Shown here: positions 37,646 to 52,210 of the stretch, one piece after another
How positions within the stretch are numbered: position 1 is the first letter of the stretch
Layout: the number at the start of each line of letters is the position of its first letter
DNA from: Octopus sinensis
Lineage: Eukaryota
NCBI RefSeq assembly: GCF_006345805.1
Contig: NC_042997.1
Coordinates: 145,514,001-145,578,000, forward strand
DNA: 64,000 nucleotides
Direction of reading: 5' to 3'
Made by a program: the position numbers and the translations under genes
Notes under the pieces: generated by a model
Seen by the model: the letters and a program-made list of their open reading frames with translations, nothing else
What the model was told of the DNA's origin: nothing
The model's database searches: none

Positions 37646-38814
37646 TTGGGAAGCAAGTTTCTTACCACACAGCTACGCCTATACCCATATTTATAAAACC
37701 GAAAGATGTGACACCGCCTGCAGCACGTGCAGGCCCACACACAATAAATATATGTATTAATGAAGAGAATTAAGAGAGTCTACAAAAGCATAGACATTTT
37801 TACTTTGTAATATGTCCACTGTGCCCCAGCCGACCCAAACAAATGAACAGTGGTCGTATTAAAGTGATTACCGTAATGAAAGCTTTAGCAGCAAAGCTGC
37901 AAGGAATTTTTTTCTCCTTTATGGTTTTGTTTAGTTTTGTACAAATTAATTATGTATTCATTTCATCTAACATTAAGGAGTGTCTGTCTGGAAATTTACT
38001 GTGTCTGATCTGTTAATATGAACTAAATGTTTATTCGGTTCTTCTAATTTGAGTGTCTATGTATGTATGTATGTATGTATGTATGTATGTAGTATGTATG
38101 TATGTATGTATGTATGTATGTATATGTATATATGTATGTGTGTGTATATGTAAGCGTATATATATATATGTTTATGTTTGCGTATATAGAAATTTATGTC
38201 TATATAGATATCTACATCTAAATACACACATACAAACAGCCTAATATTTATCATACGTAGAGGTACACGTATATACCTAATTATTGTGCCATTGCAACCC
38301 GATAACATCGAATCAGAAGAAGTAGCCATTTTATGTAATTATTGTTATGACGAAAGAAATTTAATATGCTAACGATTTAGTTTTGTTTTAATGAGTTAAT
38401 TAAAGGAGGTACGCAGCGCACGGCGCTGTTTCCATAGTTTCCTAAACCAAAGCGGAAGTCCTCATTAAACCAGGATATTGTCGGAATGAAGAGAAGGGAC
38501 ACTGCAGAAGGTACCTGGTGACTAGTGGTTGGTGTTAATTATGATGAAGCAAGCTGTAAACAAATTGTTATCTAAAAAGAGAACAACGGATATGAACGTG
38601 TGTGTTTAAATGTGTGCGCAAAAGTATGAATGTGCGCATGCGTAGTTTCTAAATTGAGCCATTTCTCTTGGTTCAGTTTTGTTCTAATTCCGCAAATTGC
38701 ATAGCGGTATAAGTGTACTTTACTGTACTCAACACTTTTTGTATATGTCTTAGGTTTATGGTTTCTAAGTCTTCTCCGGCCAAAGTAGGACAACTGTTGG
38801 TTTGGTGATGCCTA

Positions 38815-39045
38815 TTTCTTTACTACCCACAAGAGGCTAAACACAGAGAGGACAAACAAGAACAAACAAACGGATTAAGTCGATTATATCGACTCCCGTG
38901 CGTAACTGGTACTTAATTTATCGGCCCCGAAAGGATGAAAGGCAAAGTCGACCTCGGCAGAATTTGAACTCAGAACGTAACGGCAGACGAACTACGGCTA
39001 CGCATTTCGCTCGGCGTGCTAACGTTTCTGCCAGCTCGCCGCCTC
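38815..39045 (-). mobile_element. SINE family A monomer with 13-bp target-site duplication
   Basis: ttggtgatgccta at 38802-38814 and 39046-39058. Confidence 0.9.
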
Positions 39046-39688
39046 TTGGTGATGCCTACTGAAGAAGAAATATAGGTCTTTGGAGGTCCATCCTGCTTGA
39101 ATTTTCCTTAATCACATATTTACTTCCGAATAAACTATTGATTCTTTGAATTATCTCACTCTTTCATCCGGAGTCGGTAAACAACAGGAGACTTGGTAGG
39201 CATTTGTATATATATATAAGTCTGGTTAACTGAGATTTACTCCCCCCTCTCTCTCTCTTTCTTCTTAGATGTGTGTGTGTGTGTGTGTGTGTGTACATAA
39301 GTATGAATGTGAGCTTATATCAGGGGTCTGCTTACGTATGTATGCATATATGTATGTATAAATATGTAGGTAATATATATATACGTATTATATAAACTAT
39401 AATAAAATATAATATAATACACATCCATCCATCCATCCATCCATACATACATACATTCATACCTACATAGATACATATAAATACATACATATATACATAC
39501 ATACATACATACATACATACATACATACATACATACATACATACATACATTCACTATTTTCCTCTCGTTCTGGTCTAACGAACCTCCATGTTTGTTTTCG
39601 TTCGGTTTCCTTGTATGTCTTCACTGTCCTGTTTTTGTTCCATAATTTGACCCTTCGTAAATCCTAAATTTTATTTTAGAATTTATGG

Positions 39689-39770
39689 GAGCAACTGTCT
39701 TTGAAGACTTATATTGTCGGTGAATGCTCGAAATGAGGAGTAGATACACAGCCAACAGCTGACGAAGGGT
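39689..39770 (+). ncRNA. Permuted-topology hammerhead-like motif, copy 4 (inside PLE-like fragment ~39560-39890)
   Basis: CTTAT-A-TTGTCGGT-gaatgctc-GAA-ATGAG-13nt-GCCAACAG-CTGACGA-AGGGT; stem III 5 bp, stem I 7/8, AUA site. Confidence 0.6.
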
Positions 39771-39887
39771 CGTTTTTCTGTGTTTACATGTCCTGTTTTC
39801 CATCTTTTCCCTCGTTGCTTACATATTTAACTCGTTTGTCTACTTATTTCATTTTTAACGCAGTTGATGACGTCCTGTACCCATATA

Positions 39888-39926
<39 letters not shown>

Positions 39927-39939
39927 TATAATATATATA

Positions 39940-40018
<79 letters not shown>

Positions 40019-40250
40019 ATATGTATATATATATATATTATTTATTATACATATATACATACATACAAACACACACACATTATAGAGAAGTCTTTAAGTG
40101 GTAGCTAGGATACGAAAGGAAGATAGTGGAAAACATCAGCTCATCTTCTGACAATTAGTTGATGTAATGGTTGTCGTTGTACTTCAGGTCAGCTTTGATC
40201 GTGTAGGATTATGATAAAAGGCTTCAAGACTAGAACTCGTCTAGATATTC

Positions 40251-40456
40251 TTACTCTTTACTCTTTTACTTGTTTCATTCATTTGACTGTGGCCATGCTG
40301 GAGCACCGCCTTTAGTCGAGCAAATCGAACCCAGGACTTATTCTTTGTAAGCCTAGTACTTATTTTATCCGTCTCTTTTGCCGAACCGCTAAGTTACAGG
40401 GACGTAAACACGCCAGCATCGGTTGCCAAGCGATGTTGGGGGGACAAACACAGACA

Positions 40457-40495
<39 letters not shown>

Positions 40496-40514
40496 ATACA
40501 TATACATATATATA

Positions 40515-40572
<58 letters not shown>

Positions 40573-40750
40573 CATACATATATACGACGGTCTTCTTTCA
40601 GTTTCCGTCTACCAAAACCATTCACAAGGCTTTGGTCGACCCGGGGCTATAGTAGAAGACACTTGCCTAAGGTGTCACGCAGTGGGACTGAACCCGGAAC
40701 CATGTGGTTTGTAAGCAAGCTACTTACCACACAGCTACTCATACACCTAT
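40251..40750 (-). mobile_element. Full-length SINE family D (tRNA head, CORE-like block, internal microsatellite, GTAAAAGA tail)
   Basis: Reverse complement ataggtgtatgagtagctgtgtggtaag...ggttcagtcccactgcgtg...gaaacaagtaaaagagtaaagag. Confidence 0.9.
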
Positions 40751-41754
40751 ATATATGCAGGATTGTTTAAAAAAATATTGTCCCATGTGTCTTTTCAATT
40801 TTCATGATGAACGAATGTGATGTCAAGGAGATTTCGATGCTAACTTTTAGCAAGTCGAACTACGGTTGGAAATTTCTTTGCTGACTCCTAGTTTGTGGTT
40901 GTTGTTTGTTGGTGAGTCAAAAATGTGTAACAGTCGAACGATGTTTGATAGATGCAGTTCAAACTAGTTAAGTGTTTGCACGTGTTATTCTCTGTCACAT
41001 ATATATATATATATAGCACTTGACGAATTGTATTTTTGGCTGTCAGGCAATGAATAATAATCTGAGTTTTGAATTTCTGGCTTTGAAGAACCAGTCTTGA
41101 CCCTTTTGCAGATGTGTTAACACCATGAAAAGTCATAACCCTTGACTAAGAGGTGTTGATGTCGTCAGATGTTCATTGTACTTTTGAACCCTGAACAGAA
41201 ACACCCAATGTCAACTGGTCAACAGTACTGGTCAAATCACTACCCGTATTATGCTAACTTTCAGTCTATTTCGTCGCTGTTTCACCATAAACAAGGAGAA
41301 TCTTTCTCTGATATTTCCCCTATTCTGTAAGCTGTCTTTCTCTGTTTTTCTGTCATTCCAGTGCCTTTAAACACTTTACATACAGGCTAGGCAGATAATT
41401 CTTTACACCTGATAACAACTAGAAAGATTTATGCTGTCATTTTTTTCTCCGTGCAATTTTCCAAATGGTTCTAGTATTTGCTGCTTTTTGGTTCAAAGGC
41501 TTCATCGCACACATCTGCAGCCATGCATTTTAGAATGATATTCATGAGAAAGAAGATGCTAGAGTAGCCCTTGTATGATGTGCATTCCAGAATTTAAAAC
41601 ATTTTTTTAAAGGAAAGGCTGTTATAACTGCCCCAGATTATTATAGTTTTAGTATATCATTACTAGACATCTAATTAGCAGGCCAGCTAGCTTTTTATTC
41701 CAGAGTGAAAGAGATGCCGTGTACCAGCACTATCAAACACTATCCGTCACAGAC

Positions 41755-42098
41755 TACTGAACACTGATCATCACAGTTCCATCCTGGTAACCAACTACTT
41801 GACAGAGATTGGTGTCAAAACTGTTCCTGGCTCACTCTCCAGTACAAGCCTTGCTCTCTGTGACTTTTGATTGTTCCCCAAGCTGAAAAAAGAACCTCAA
41901 GGGCAATCGTCTTTGAAGACATTGAGCACCTTCACTTTGGAGGACTTCCCTGGGGCCTTCACAAAGAAGCTGGTGCACTACAATAAGTGCACTGAAGTCG
42001 GAGGATCCTACGTTGAGGGAAGCTAGAATTTTTTTATTTCTTTGAAATTCATAAATGTTTCTTCTTAAAAAGTTTCAAAACTTCTGGAATGCACCTCG
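41755..42098 (+). mobile_element. Mariner (irritans-type) 3' fragment
   Basis: HSSILVTNYLTEIGVKTVP...LALCDF*LFPKLKKNLKG...YNKCTEVGGSYVEG; ends caaaacttctggaatgcacctcg-TA. Confidence 0.75.
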
Positions 42099-43224
42099 TA
42101 TTTCTGTAATACAGTCACATGACTGTCTCTCGACATTGTTCTCTGAGATTAAACTATTATGTTCTCGCAAAAGGATATTTCCAACAGCTCTGTTCATAGA
42201 TGTCTTTTAATTCCATTTATACCTAAGAATATTAAATCGACCCCAGTAAGTGACTAATATATGTAATTTATCGCCCCCGAAAAGGTCATAACTAAATGCA
42301 ACAAAGCATATTTTCCAACACTATAACACATCGGTTCTCAAACATTTTGTTTTACCTATGGACTCCCTTTTATTCCTATTTTGCTTTGTAGGGCTCTCAT
42401 AGCCATTCAATGTTTAAAGAATCCTATTATATTTTTTATGATTAAATATCATTATAAGAATTGTATAAAAACCATTGTTAAAATATTTTGTGCATTGTAG
42501 AATTATAATCGGTTTATTGAACTACCAACAAAATTTTATGTGGACCCCCAACGGCCATATGGACCCCGGCTGAGAAACACTACTTTAATGATTCTTTTGG
42601 CAGGACGTGCACAAATTCTTTCGCCAAATTAACGTATGCCTGCGTGATGAGCACATCCCGCATGGTATCATCCCCCTCCCCACACAGTTCCTAAATTATA
42701 GATAAACCGTCTTATCTCTAATAACTTTGATGAGTCCTAAGCGCCACTCCTCAACAACATCAATTGACTGAATACTTTTTAAGATCTCTCTTTATAAAAA
42801 AATTTCTCTTGTCTGACTGGCAGGATATCCGCAAATTCTCTCGTTTAAATATAAACATACCTTAACCCTCCATACACACAGACGAGTATACGTGCACAAT
42901 TTGTATATGTAAAAAAAACAAACAAAAAAAAACAGACAAAAATGTCTGTCTGCCCCAAATTTGCAGATAGACATTTGTTGCAAAATTCTCACACTCGCCA
43001 CTCCTCAAGGAAGACGGATTTCGAATTTCATTGGAGAGATCTGATTAGTGGAGAGTGAATCACAGAAAATAACACAAATTGACAAATATGTTCGTCATCC
43101 CTAATTTGCGCCATTGCGTTTAAAATAGTGAAAGGAAGGGTGATGTTATTCTCTGTACTTTTATTGGTTTCTGTTATTGGAGTGCGGCCGTACCGGAGCA
43201 TCGAGTATAGTCGATTACATCGAA

Positions 43225-44130
43225 CCAAGTGTTTATAATGGTTTCAAATTTGACACAAGGTCAACAATTTCGGAGTAGGGAATAAATCAATTACATCGAC
43301 TCCAGTGGTCAACTGGTACTTATTTCATCGAGCCCGAAAGGATGAAATGCAAAATCGGCCTCGGCGGAATTTGAATGCAGAACGTAAAGAAGAATGAAAT
43401 GCTGCAAAGTATTTTCCCCGGCGTACTTAACGATTCTTATTTCTTTATTGCCCACAAGGGGCTAAACATAGAGGGGACAAACAAGGACATTAAGTCGATT
43501 ACATCGACCCCAGTGCGTAATTGGTACTTAATTTATCGACTCCGAACGGATGAAAGGCAAAGTCGACCTCGGCGGAATTTGAACTTAGAACGTAACGGCA
43601 GTCGAAATACCTATTTCTTTATTACCCACAAGGGGCTAAACACAGAGAGGACAAACAAGGACAGACAAACGGATTAAGTCAATTAGATCGACCCCAGTGC
43701 GTAACTGGTACTTATTTAATCAACCCCGAAAGGATGAAAGGCAAAGTCTACCTTGTCGGAATTTGAACTCAGAACGTAACGGCAGACCAAATACCGCAAA
43801 ACATTTCGCCCGGCTTGCTAACGTTTCTGCCAGCTCGCCGCCTTATTCCAAGTATGTAGGATATTGATTTTAAAATTTTGACCCAAGGCCAGCAAGTTCT
43901 AAGGAGGGGTAAGCCGGTTACATCAGCCTCCGTGTTCAACTGGTACTTATTTGATCTACTCGAAATGGATGAAATGTAAAGCCAACTTCGGTGATATTTG
44001 AACTCAGGACGTAAGGACGGACGAACTGCCGCAGAGCATTTTTTCGGTCCCAAAGTGATGAAAGGCAAAGTCAGCCTCGACAGAATTTGAACGCATAACG
44101 TAATTAAGGACGAAACGCCGCTAAGCATTT
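43225..44130 (-). mobile_element. Cluster of tandem SINE family A units
   Basis: At least four aggatgaaaggcaaagtcgacc-like cores; dimer junction at ~43605-43620. Confidence 0.85.
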
Positions 44131-45455
44131 TGCCCGTAGACCAGGGTACACTTATCCTTAATACCCATTTCTTCTTACCCAGACTCAAGTCTTTGGAATA
44201 CCCTCCCACACACACACACATACACACACTGTTCAAGTTAATTCTTTCTGTTGTTGAATTTCAGAAGAAACATCCACTGCATCGATCGCACCAGACTCGA
44301 TGGTTTCTGAGAAGGCTTTTGGTAAAGTTCCCTCCTCGAGACAAAATCTAATAAAAAGATTTATTTTTTAAATAAAGGAAAAGAAACGCTCCCCCAAATG
44401 AAAACAATCATTTATGTATTAAAATTTAATGCTCTTCTTTTGAACTGGAAGTTATTGGTTTTCCGTCGATTTCGATGATGATTATTTAGTTGTTCGCCTG
44501 TTCTTAGAATCAACGTGTAAGGTAGCTGAGCAATTCAGAGGTACGTGTACCGTTAACGTAAGTCTCTGATAGAATCAGCATGACACAAAGTGTGATGAAG
44601 CTGTACTTTTGAATTGCAGATACAACTCATCCGACGGGGTTCATCATAGTTTCCGTCTACCCTCAGTTTCACTCATACGGTATGGGTTGGCTTGATATAA
44701 AAACAACAAAAAAAAAACATTAACTCAAAATGTCTCGCATTGAGATGGAACCAGAGAGTTGGTGATTGCGAAAAAAAGTAATCCCTCCCTAACTCTTTAC
44801 TAGAATGAAAGGAAATTGGACGCGATTATGATAAGAAGTATCGTTGCTGTTACCTGCTTCATCTTTTGCAAATCGAAATGTAATGGAATAATTGTGATAC
44901 TAATTTATTTATGAACGTCTGTAATTTTCTGTTACTTACTTGCCACTAATCCGATGTCACTAATCCGATATATTATCAAAACCATCTTTGTTGAGGAGCA
45001 ACAAGTAGGAAAATCTTGCAAAATTGTCTGTCTGCAGTTTTGATGGGTTAAGATATATTTTATTTAAACGAGAGAATTTGCGGATATCCTGCTGGCCAGA
45101 CAAGTACATTTTTAATAGAGATCTTGAAAATATTCTTTTATGAATACGTGACAATTTAGTGGCTAGACGTTATTGGGGAGTGGCACTAAGAATGATTCAT
45201 CGAAGTTATAAGAGTTGATGAGGTTTAAGAGCGAAGGAGAAATGAGTAAGATATTGCCTAGGACATCAGAGCATCAGATAAAACGCCATGTGATATTTTG
45301 CGTGGTATTTAATGTCTCTATGGTGAGAGTGATTATCAATCCCCGTTACTGTGATATGATATCGTTTCCCTCAGTTGCGTGAAAATGACTGCTGTTGCTT
45401 CTTTCTTTGCCTCTCAGTTAACAATCGTTATAATAAGCAACCGCTTATACCACAG

Positions 45456-45522
45456 TCTCCGCTGACATCTCGACTGCCTGCCTGACATCCAAATCACCAC
45501 TGTGGATTCAGCTGTTGTATAG
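45456..45522 (+). CDS. Candidate 67-nt exon (SADISTACLTSKSPLWIQLLY)
   Basis: Consensus donor AG/gtaagt at 45523 and acceptor cttataccacag; open only in phase 1. Could equally be a non-coding exon using the stronger acceptor at 45417. Confidence 0.3.
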
Positions 45523-47759
45523 GTAAGTGTCTCAGCCGCTGCTAGCACAGATTAGAAACCAACACACGAAGGATACTCAATACGGCCGCTCGGCTTGCTT
45601 GTCAAATTCGCCAAATACCCATCTTATCATATTGGGCTAGGCAGATGGGAGGGTAACACATAAGTGAAGTGTCTTTGATTATAGATATTCTCAGGGCTGA
45701 GAAAGCACCAGCAACAACAATACAAAAACAACAACAACAATACAAAGACAACAACAACAGTCCCTCTATGTGATCACTCTGTCTGGTAAGAAATAGCGTT
45801 CAATCGAATTGTCTTAAAAGAAAAAATGCACATTGATTAATGTAATTCTAGATAAACTGCCTTGGGATAAGATAAGATGAACAAAATTGGAATGCTTTTC
45901 ATCATGAGCTTGCTCGATGAAGACTGACATAAAAAAAAAAAACCCAACGCCAGCAGAAGTGATCGGGCCAGTTTCAAACTGGAGTCCATTTCTAAAAGTG
46001 TTTGTAACCGATAGCACATTTAAAATTGAATATATATAAGTACTGGAGGAAGTATAGGAGTGAAATTGAAAAAAATCGCTTCGCTGCTATGTGATCCCAG
46101 GTTCGATCACGCTGCTGGGCATATTGCGTGTGTATTTTCTACGGATTAATGTACCTTATGAGTGGGTAGACTGTATGAGACGGAAACCATTTAGACACAC
46201 ACACATACACGTATTGGATTCGTTTCCTTAGCAATTAAACTATACAGGGGTAGCTTCAGACAGGCATACATTTCCTATAGCCATCTTCATTCTTTTTTTT
46301 TTTTCTCCACTTATCACAAATCTCAACGACTCCATCTCTTACTTCCAACTAAGCTTTCACGGGCAGCAGGGCAATGCTTTCACTATCATTTAAGGCATAT
46401 CCTCTCGCCAAATCTTTACTTTCTTAATCTTTTCCTACAGGTCATTCTTTCTCTCTTCCTATTCCCTACCATCTATCTTAGTGTCATCTCTTCTCATGTT
46501 CCTCTCTATCTTTCTTTCTCCCCATTCCACACTGTCATATGATCCAACTCTCTCTTCCTCCTACGTATTCCTTTAATCTGATTCTCCTTTATCTCATTCA
46601 TCCTCTCTCCTGTCCCCACTCTCGCATATTCTCATTCTTCTACCTCACTCTCCCTTCCAATTTCTTATTTCTTCATAAGTCCAAATTTGTGTTGGATTCT
46701 TTTCGTCTTCAACCCCACTTCCTCTCATTTCTCTCTCAGATACTACTTACAGAGGCTGGGATTCAAAGCTTATGCGGGGATGACGTGGACTCTGGCAGCT
46801 GCACTGAAAGTAACCCATCAAAGAAAGCAGTGATTCTGGATAAAATCTAACGCAGTTTGGAGAGGAGATTTTAATCCTGCCTGACATGCTCTCTGGTAAA
46901 AGTGGCGCAATATAAACGCGCACAATTTATGTTGCAAAGTGGTTAGTAACAAGAAAAGCAGCCACGTTGTAAAACAGTATCAAAATCAGGAACCAGTCCA
47001 TTTTAATATATCGATAAAGCTTCACTGAATATTCTTGACTATCATCTAGTGAGGTGCAGAAGTGGTGTAGATGTGTGCTACAAGCCAAATGTGAGACGGA
47101 AGCACACCTTAACTAGACTTCTCACCGGTAAACAAAACAGGTATAAATTCGTGCTGGTAGACAATAATGCTAATTAGGAGCATAGATGATACAAGCGGCA
47201 GAGAAATAGATTGATATTATCCAGAACATGCAGCGGAATAAATAACTTTTGACTAGTGGAAGGTACAGCAATGGCTGCTGTTATTTACGCTTATGCACCT
47301 CTATTGGGATTGCATATTGAACAAAAGAACTATTTTTTATGAAACCATATTGAAATCAAATGACAACGGCTTCATTATCTTGGCGAATGACTTCAGTGGA
47401 CATGTTGGACAGCACTAGGTGGTTACTCATGAATACATGGTGGTTATTGATATAGTTTTAGCAATGAGAGAAGATCAAGGCTTCTGGAGTTCTGAAATGT
47501 AAATGAGTCACACAAAATTTAGGAAACCAACGAGGCACTTCACTATTTTAATAAATTTTATTATCAGACTTTATTGTCACCACAAAACGAACAAACAAAC
47601 GAATGTCTTTTCTCGTTGAACACAATAACCCATGATATAAGCTTTTGATCAGTAACATCAGAATTTAAACGAACAGAAAGAAAAAAGAGATTCTAGAGAA
47701 GGAAGATGTGGAAGCAGAAACGTCCCTCTGCTAAATGCTAGTTTAGAGCGATTCTAGAT

Positions 47760-48860
47760 TACTCATATGATAGAAAGGGAGATGGAATATAACCTACCGA
47801 ACAGCCAGGAGCTTTTACGACGCAACATGCAAAAAGCTATAGACCAGATCTGTAGCTGGAATAAGGTTCCAGCCAGATGTAAGGTAACATGGTGGTTGAG
47901 TAGTACCGTAGATAGAGTCATAAAAGCTAGGAGATAAGGTCGGAAATATTTAAGAAATGAGACAGCAAAGAACAATATCATGGAGCTAAGAGAAAAGCTA
48001 GGCGACAAGGGTACATAACATGAAAAGAGCTAGAAAATAGACAGTTTGCCACTGTTTTGGGACGAGAGGATCGGAGATATGAATTGTTCCTGATTTTGAA
48101 ATGCTGTGTCAGGGTAAATCGAAGCACAACCGCACACTTACCTTCATGAACGATGAGAAGAAAGCGTCTTAGAAATAGAATCACAAGCGGTTGCTGGATG
48201 TGGAAAATGCGTGGGAGAACGAACGTCCTAAAGCACCCAACAAAACTAGCAGCTGGTGAAGTGGATAGTTATGTGGGTGGAATGGTCAGCAACGGCATGA
48301 TGATGGAGAATAAAGGAAATTCCTTCAATTATAATCGCCGATATGCTGAAATTATTTTACGGAAAAGGGCTGAAGTTAGACACTTTTAATAGATAACCAG
48401 TTAAAGCGAAAAAATTTGACAAGTCAGTCAGTCGCCGCCGACACTCGTTGACGCTACATCGAATAGGCCAGGGAACAGAAGAAAGAAGAAAGAAGAAAGA
48501 AGACATGCACCCAACACCAGAGATGAAGACACCTCCGAAAGTGGGGGGGGGGGGCTGCCACGTCAAAACGGTAGAGGAGTAGGCGCCGAAACAGGACGTG
48601 GTTCCTCCTGATGATGTCTTGAGCTAACTGGATCCTATAAAGAAACTGTTGTGGTAGCAGACCACGAAACACGGTTGAAATTCCTCAGAAGGCGTCATAC
48701 CCAGTGTCTGGCCAAACAGTACAATCGCCAACTGCTTACTTGGTCAAAGGAGAGGGTTTAGAAAGGAGCAGCCACAAAGACATTCAGACATCACAGTATG
48801 AAACGAAACAAATGGGATGAGTACTAGCACACGCGATTAAGCATAGAAATAAGCTTAGAA
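47760..48860 (+). mobile_element. Decayed RTE-clade LINE with internal deletions
   Basis: ARCKVTWW...VDRVIKARR, AKRKARRQ, QFATVLGREDRRYELF, HKRLLDVENAWE. Confidence 0.6.
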
Positions 48861-49048
48861 GAGATGCAGTCTGGATTTGAACGCGGTTCATGTAACACCG
48901 AGGCTCTAATTATATAAAACTTTCTTTCTTTTATAAGAGATATCAGGAAAGATGTGCACCTTGCTTCAAGTACATAGTGTTAATTAATTTTAGAAGTTAT
49001 ATGCTCTGGCTTAAACACAAGAAGCTGCCTCCACCTTACACACACACA

Positions 49049-49088
<40 letters not shown>

Positions 49089-49369
49089 ACATACATTCAT
49101 ACATACATACATACATACATACATAAATACATACATACATGCATACATACATACATACATACTTATATACATACATAAATACATACATACATACATACAT
49201 ACATACATACATACACACTTACATACATACATATATAAATACATACATACATACATACATACATACATACATACATACATACATACATACATACATACAT
49301 ACATACATACATACATACATACATACATACTTATATACATACATATATACATACATATATACATATATA

Positions 49370-49575
49370 TATATCGTTCAAATTTACAAAAGACAAAAGA
49401 TAAAGACAAGTGAGAGAACTACAAACAGTTGTATTAGTTTGACGTTCGGGAAGAATGGAAAACTCTGACGTTTCTAGCCTACGCTCTTCGGCAGAAAGGG
49501 ATGAGAAAGGAAAAAAGAAGAGAGAGAGTAAAAAACGGAAAGAGAAAATGCGTCGCAGTTAACGGTTTACCATGT
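49370..49575 (-). mobile_element. PLE pseudo-LTR with minimal hammerhead-like motif (49463-49499)
   Basis: Reverse complement cttt-CTGCCGA-A-GAGC-gtag-GCTA-GAAA-CGT-C-agag; homologous to 15680-15880. Confidence 0.6.
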
Positions 49576-49734
49576 TGAAATACATACATACATACATACA
49601 TACATACATACATACATACACACACATACATATATGTTTATATAGATACATACATACATGCATACATACACACATACATATATGTTTATATACATACATA
49701 CATATACATACACGTATATACATTTATACACATA

Positions 49735-50460
49735 AATGGCGTGGTTGTGTGGTAAGAAGGTTACTTCCCAACCACATAGTTCCGAGTTCAGTCCCACTTT
49801 GTGGCACCTTGGGCAAGTATCTTCTACTATAACCTCGGGCCAACCAAAGCCTTTTGAATGCATTTGGTAGACGAAAATTGAAAGAAGTCGCTCGTGTATG
49901 TGTGTGTGTCTGTATGTGTGCTGGTTTGTCCATCCATCGCAGCTTGACAACTGGTGTTGGTGTGTTTACGTTCCTGTAAAAGAAACTGATAGAATAAGTA
50001 CTAAGCTAGAAAAAATAAGTCCTGGGGTCGATTTGTTCGAGTAAAACCCTTGAAGGCGGTACTCCAGTATGGCCGCAATCAAATTACTGAAACAGATAAA
50101 AGAATATATATACATGCATACATCTTATATGTTTTATTTGCTTCAGTCACTAGACTGCGGCCACGCTGGGGAGTCACCTTGAATTGTTAGTCGAATGAAT
50201 CGAACCCAGTACTTATTTTGTGAAAGCCTGGTACTTATTTCATCGTTCTCTTAAGCCGAACCGCTAAGTTACAGGCACGTAAGGACGTCAACACACACGC
50301 ACACGACAGGCTTCTTTCAGTTTTCCGTTTACCAAATCAACGCATAAGGCTTTGAATATAGTAGAAGACACTAGCTCAAGGTGCCACGTAGTGGGACTGA
50401 ACCCAGAACCATGTGATTAAGAAGCAAACTTCTTACCGCTTAGCCACGCATGCGCCATAT
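49735..50460. mobile_element. Two SINE family D copies tail-to-tail (49735-50105 +, 50125-50460 -)
   Basis: Direct similarity to 40251-40750. Confidence 0.85.
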
Positions 50461-50994
50461 ATATATTTATATATGTACATAAATATTTATATATGAGAGT
50501 GTAATACTATATGTTTCTTGGGTGCACTTTATGCAAGAAGAGGTTAAACTAGTAATTATCACTTTATGTAAGAAGTCATTAGCCTATAAGGCAAGCCTGC
50601 TACGTGGCTGCTCGATATGCTAGATATAATAGCTAAATCTCCCTCAGATCTCAATTCGATGTCGTTTGCTTAGTTATTTTTAAGGGGTGCCGCATAATGG
50701 ATAATATCACTTTATGCAAGAAGGGGATAAACTAGATATTTAGGCTGTAATCAATACTGTGATTAAAATCTTGAAGGAGGCGCCCCAGTATAGATACAGT
50801 CAAATGATTAAAAAAAAGTAAGATTAAAACTATCGACGGATCTTCCAGAAGGAGCCATTTCCAGTCATTCACAGGGCTAACAGCATGAAAACATAGGCTC
50901 CTTCCCTCCAAAATGCAGGTAGCCACTACATGGTTAAGCAACTCGAAAGCAAAAATCTCCCTCAGATCATCACGATATTATCGTAAGGAACGGG

Positions 50995-51031
<37 letters not shown>

Positions 51032-51255
51032 AATATTCTGCGTTCCTTTAAAAGAAGTCAAATTTCTGTTCAGTCATGATTGACCTGGGAGTTAAACAAC
51101 AGCAACAACAAACTATCAGTAACAACAACAACGTTAAGAAATAAGATAAGCGTTCTCAGAAAACTGGTAGTGGGGTGCGTCGCAAAAAATATTTTCGGTT
51201 AAATTTTGTATATTAAAGGATGAAGCTAACGTTTCAGATTTAATACTTTTGTCAC

Positions 51256-51288
<33 letters not shown>

Positions 51289-51427
51289 GGAGAGGGGGGA
51301 TTTTAGTGACAGAGAAGCAGTTTCTGAAGATTATTTCAGTCTACATACAATATATCGTCTGCTTTATTCTTTCAAAACAACGAGGATGGATTAGGTTTCT
51401 ATTCTAGAAGACATTTTATTCTCTCCC

Positions 51428-51471
<44 letters not shown>

Positions 51472-52210
51472 TCTCGTATTTTAAGAGATAGGTCTAAAAC
51501 GTTAATTCCCTTTTTTTCTCTTTGCAGTATATGAAGTCATTCAAACTTACAAATCTTTACTAAATAATAAATTTAACTCTTTTAGTTGCTGCTTAGTCCT
51601 TGGTCAGCTCCGACCCAGTAGACCTCTAACAAAAGCCTTTTTGTCCGTGTCCATTCCATCTTTTTCTAAGTCATAGTGTATCTCCGGACACATTATCCAT
51701 TATGCGGCACCCCTTGAAAATAAATAAACAAACGACATCGAATTGCGATCTGAGGGAGATTTAGCTATTATATCTAGCATATCGAGCAGCCACGTAGTAG
51801 GCTTGCCTTATTGGCTAATGACTTATTTTGTTTTAGTATGCAGGTGTGCAGGAAGAAGGGGATCAATGACGTAAAGCAGAAAGAGAGATAGAGAAAGAAA
51901 TAGATAGACTGATAAATAGAGAGAGGGGTAGAGCGAATGAGGAAGAAGCAGTAATCGAATAGATTTAATTGAAGATAATTTTTTTGTTCGTTTCATGTTG
52001 ATTAGTAGGTATATTTTTCTATTTTGTTCATTTGATCTTACAGTAAATTAGACACTAGTTCGTGTGAGGAATTAACCTGCTATAGATACGTGCTCATTGC
52101 AGAGAAAATAAAAGTACACCAATTATAATTAGTTTCATTAATTATCAACTTTATCGAGTCGATTTACGCAGGTTTGGCCTAGTGAGGTGAGGAATAAATG
52201 TTAAATGCTC

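Noticed and set aside
38438-38510. Possible exon FPKPKRKSSLNQDIVGMKRRDTAE
   Set aside because: Short pyrimidine tract and moderate donor; chance expectation in 64 kb is not low.
50573-51824. 133-bp inverted repeat (50573-50705 versus 51692-51824) as ends of a DNA transposon
   Set aside because: The left arm sits between ~18-bp direct repeats (atcactttatg.aagaag) and shares sequence with other retroposon fragments nearby; better explained as two independent insertions.
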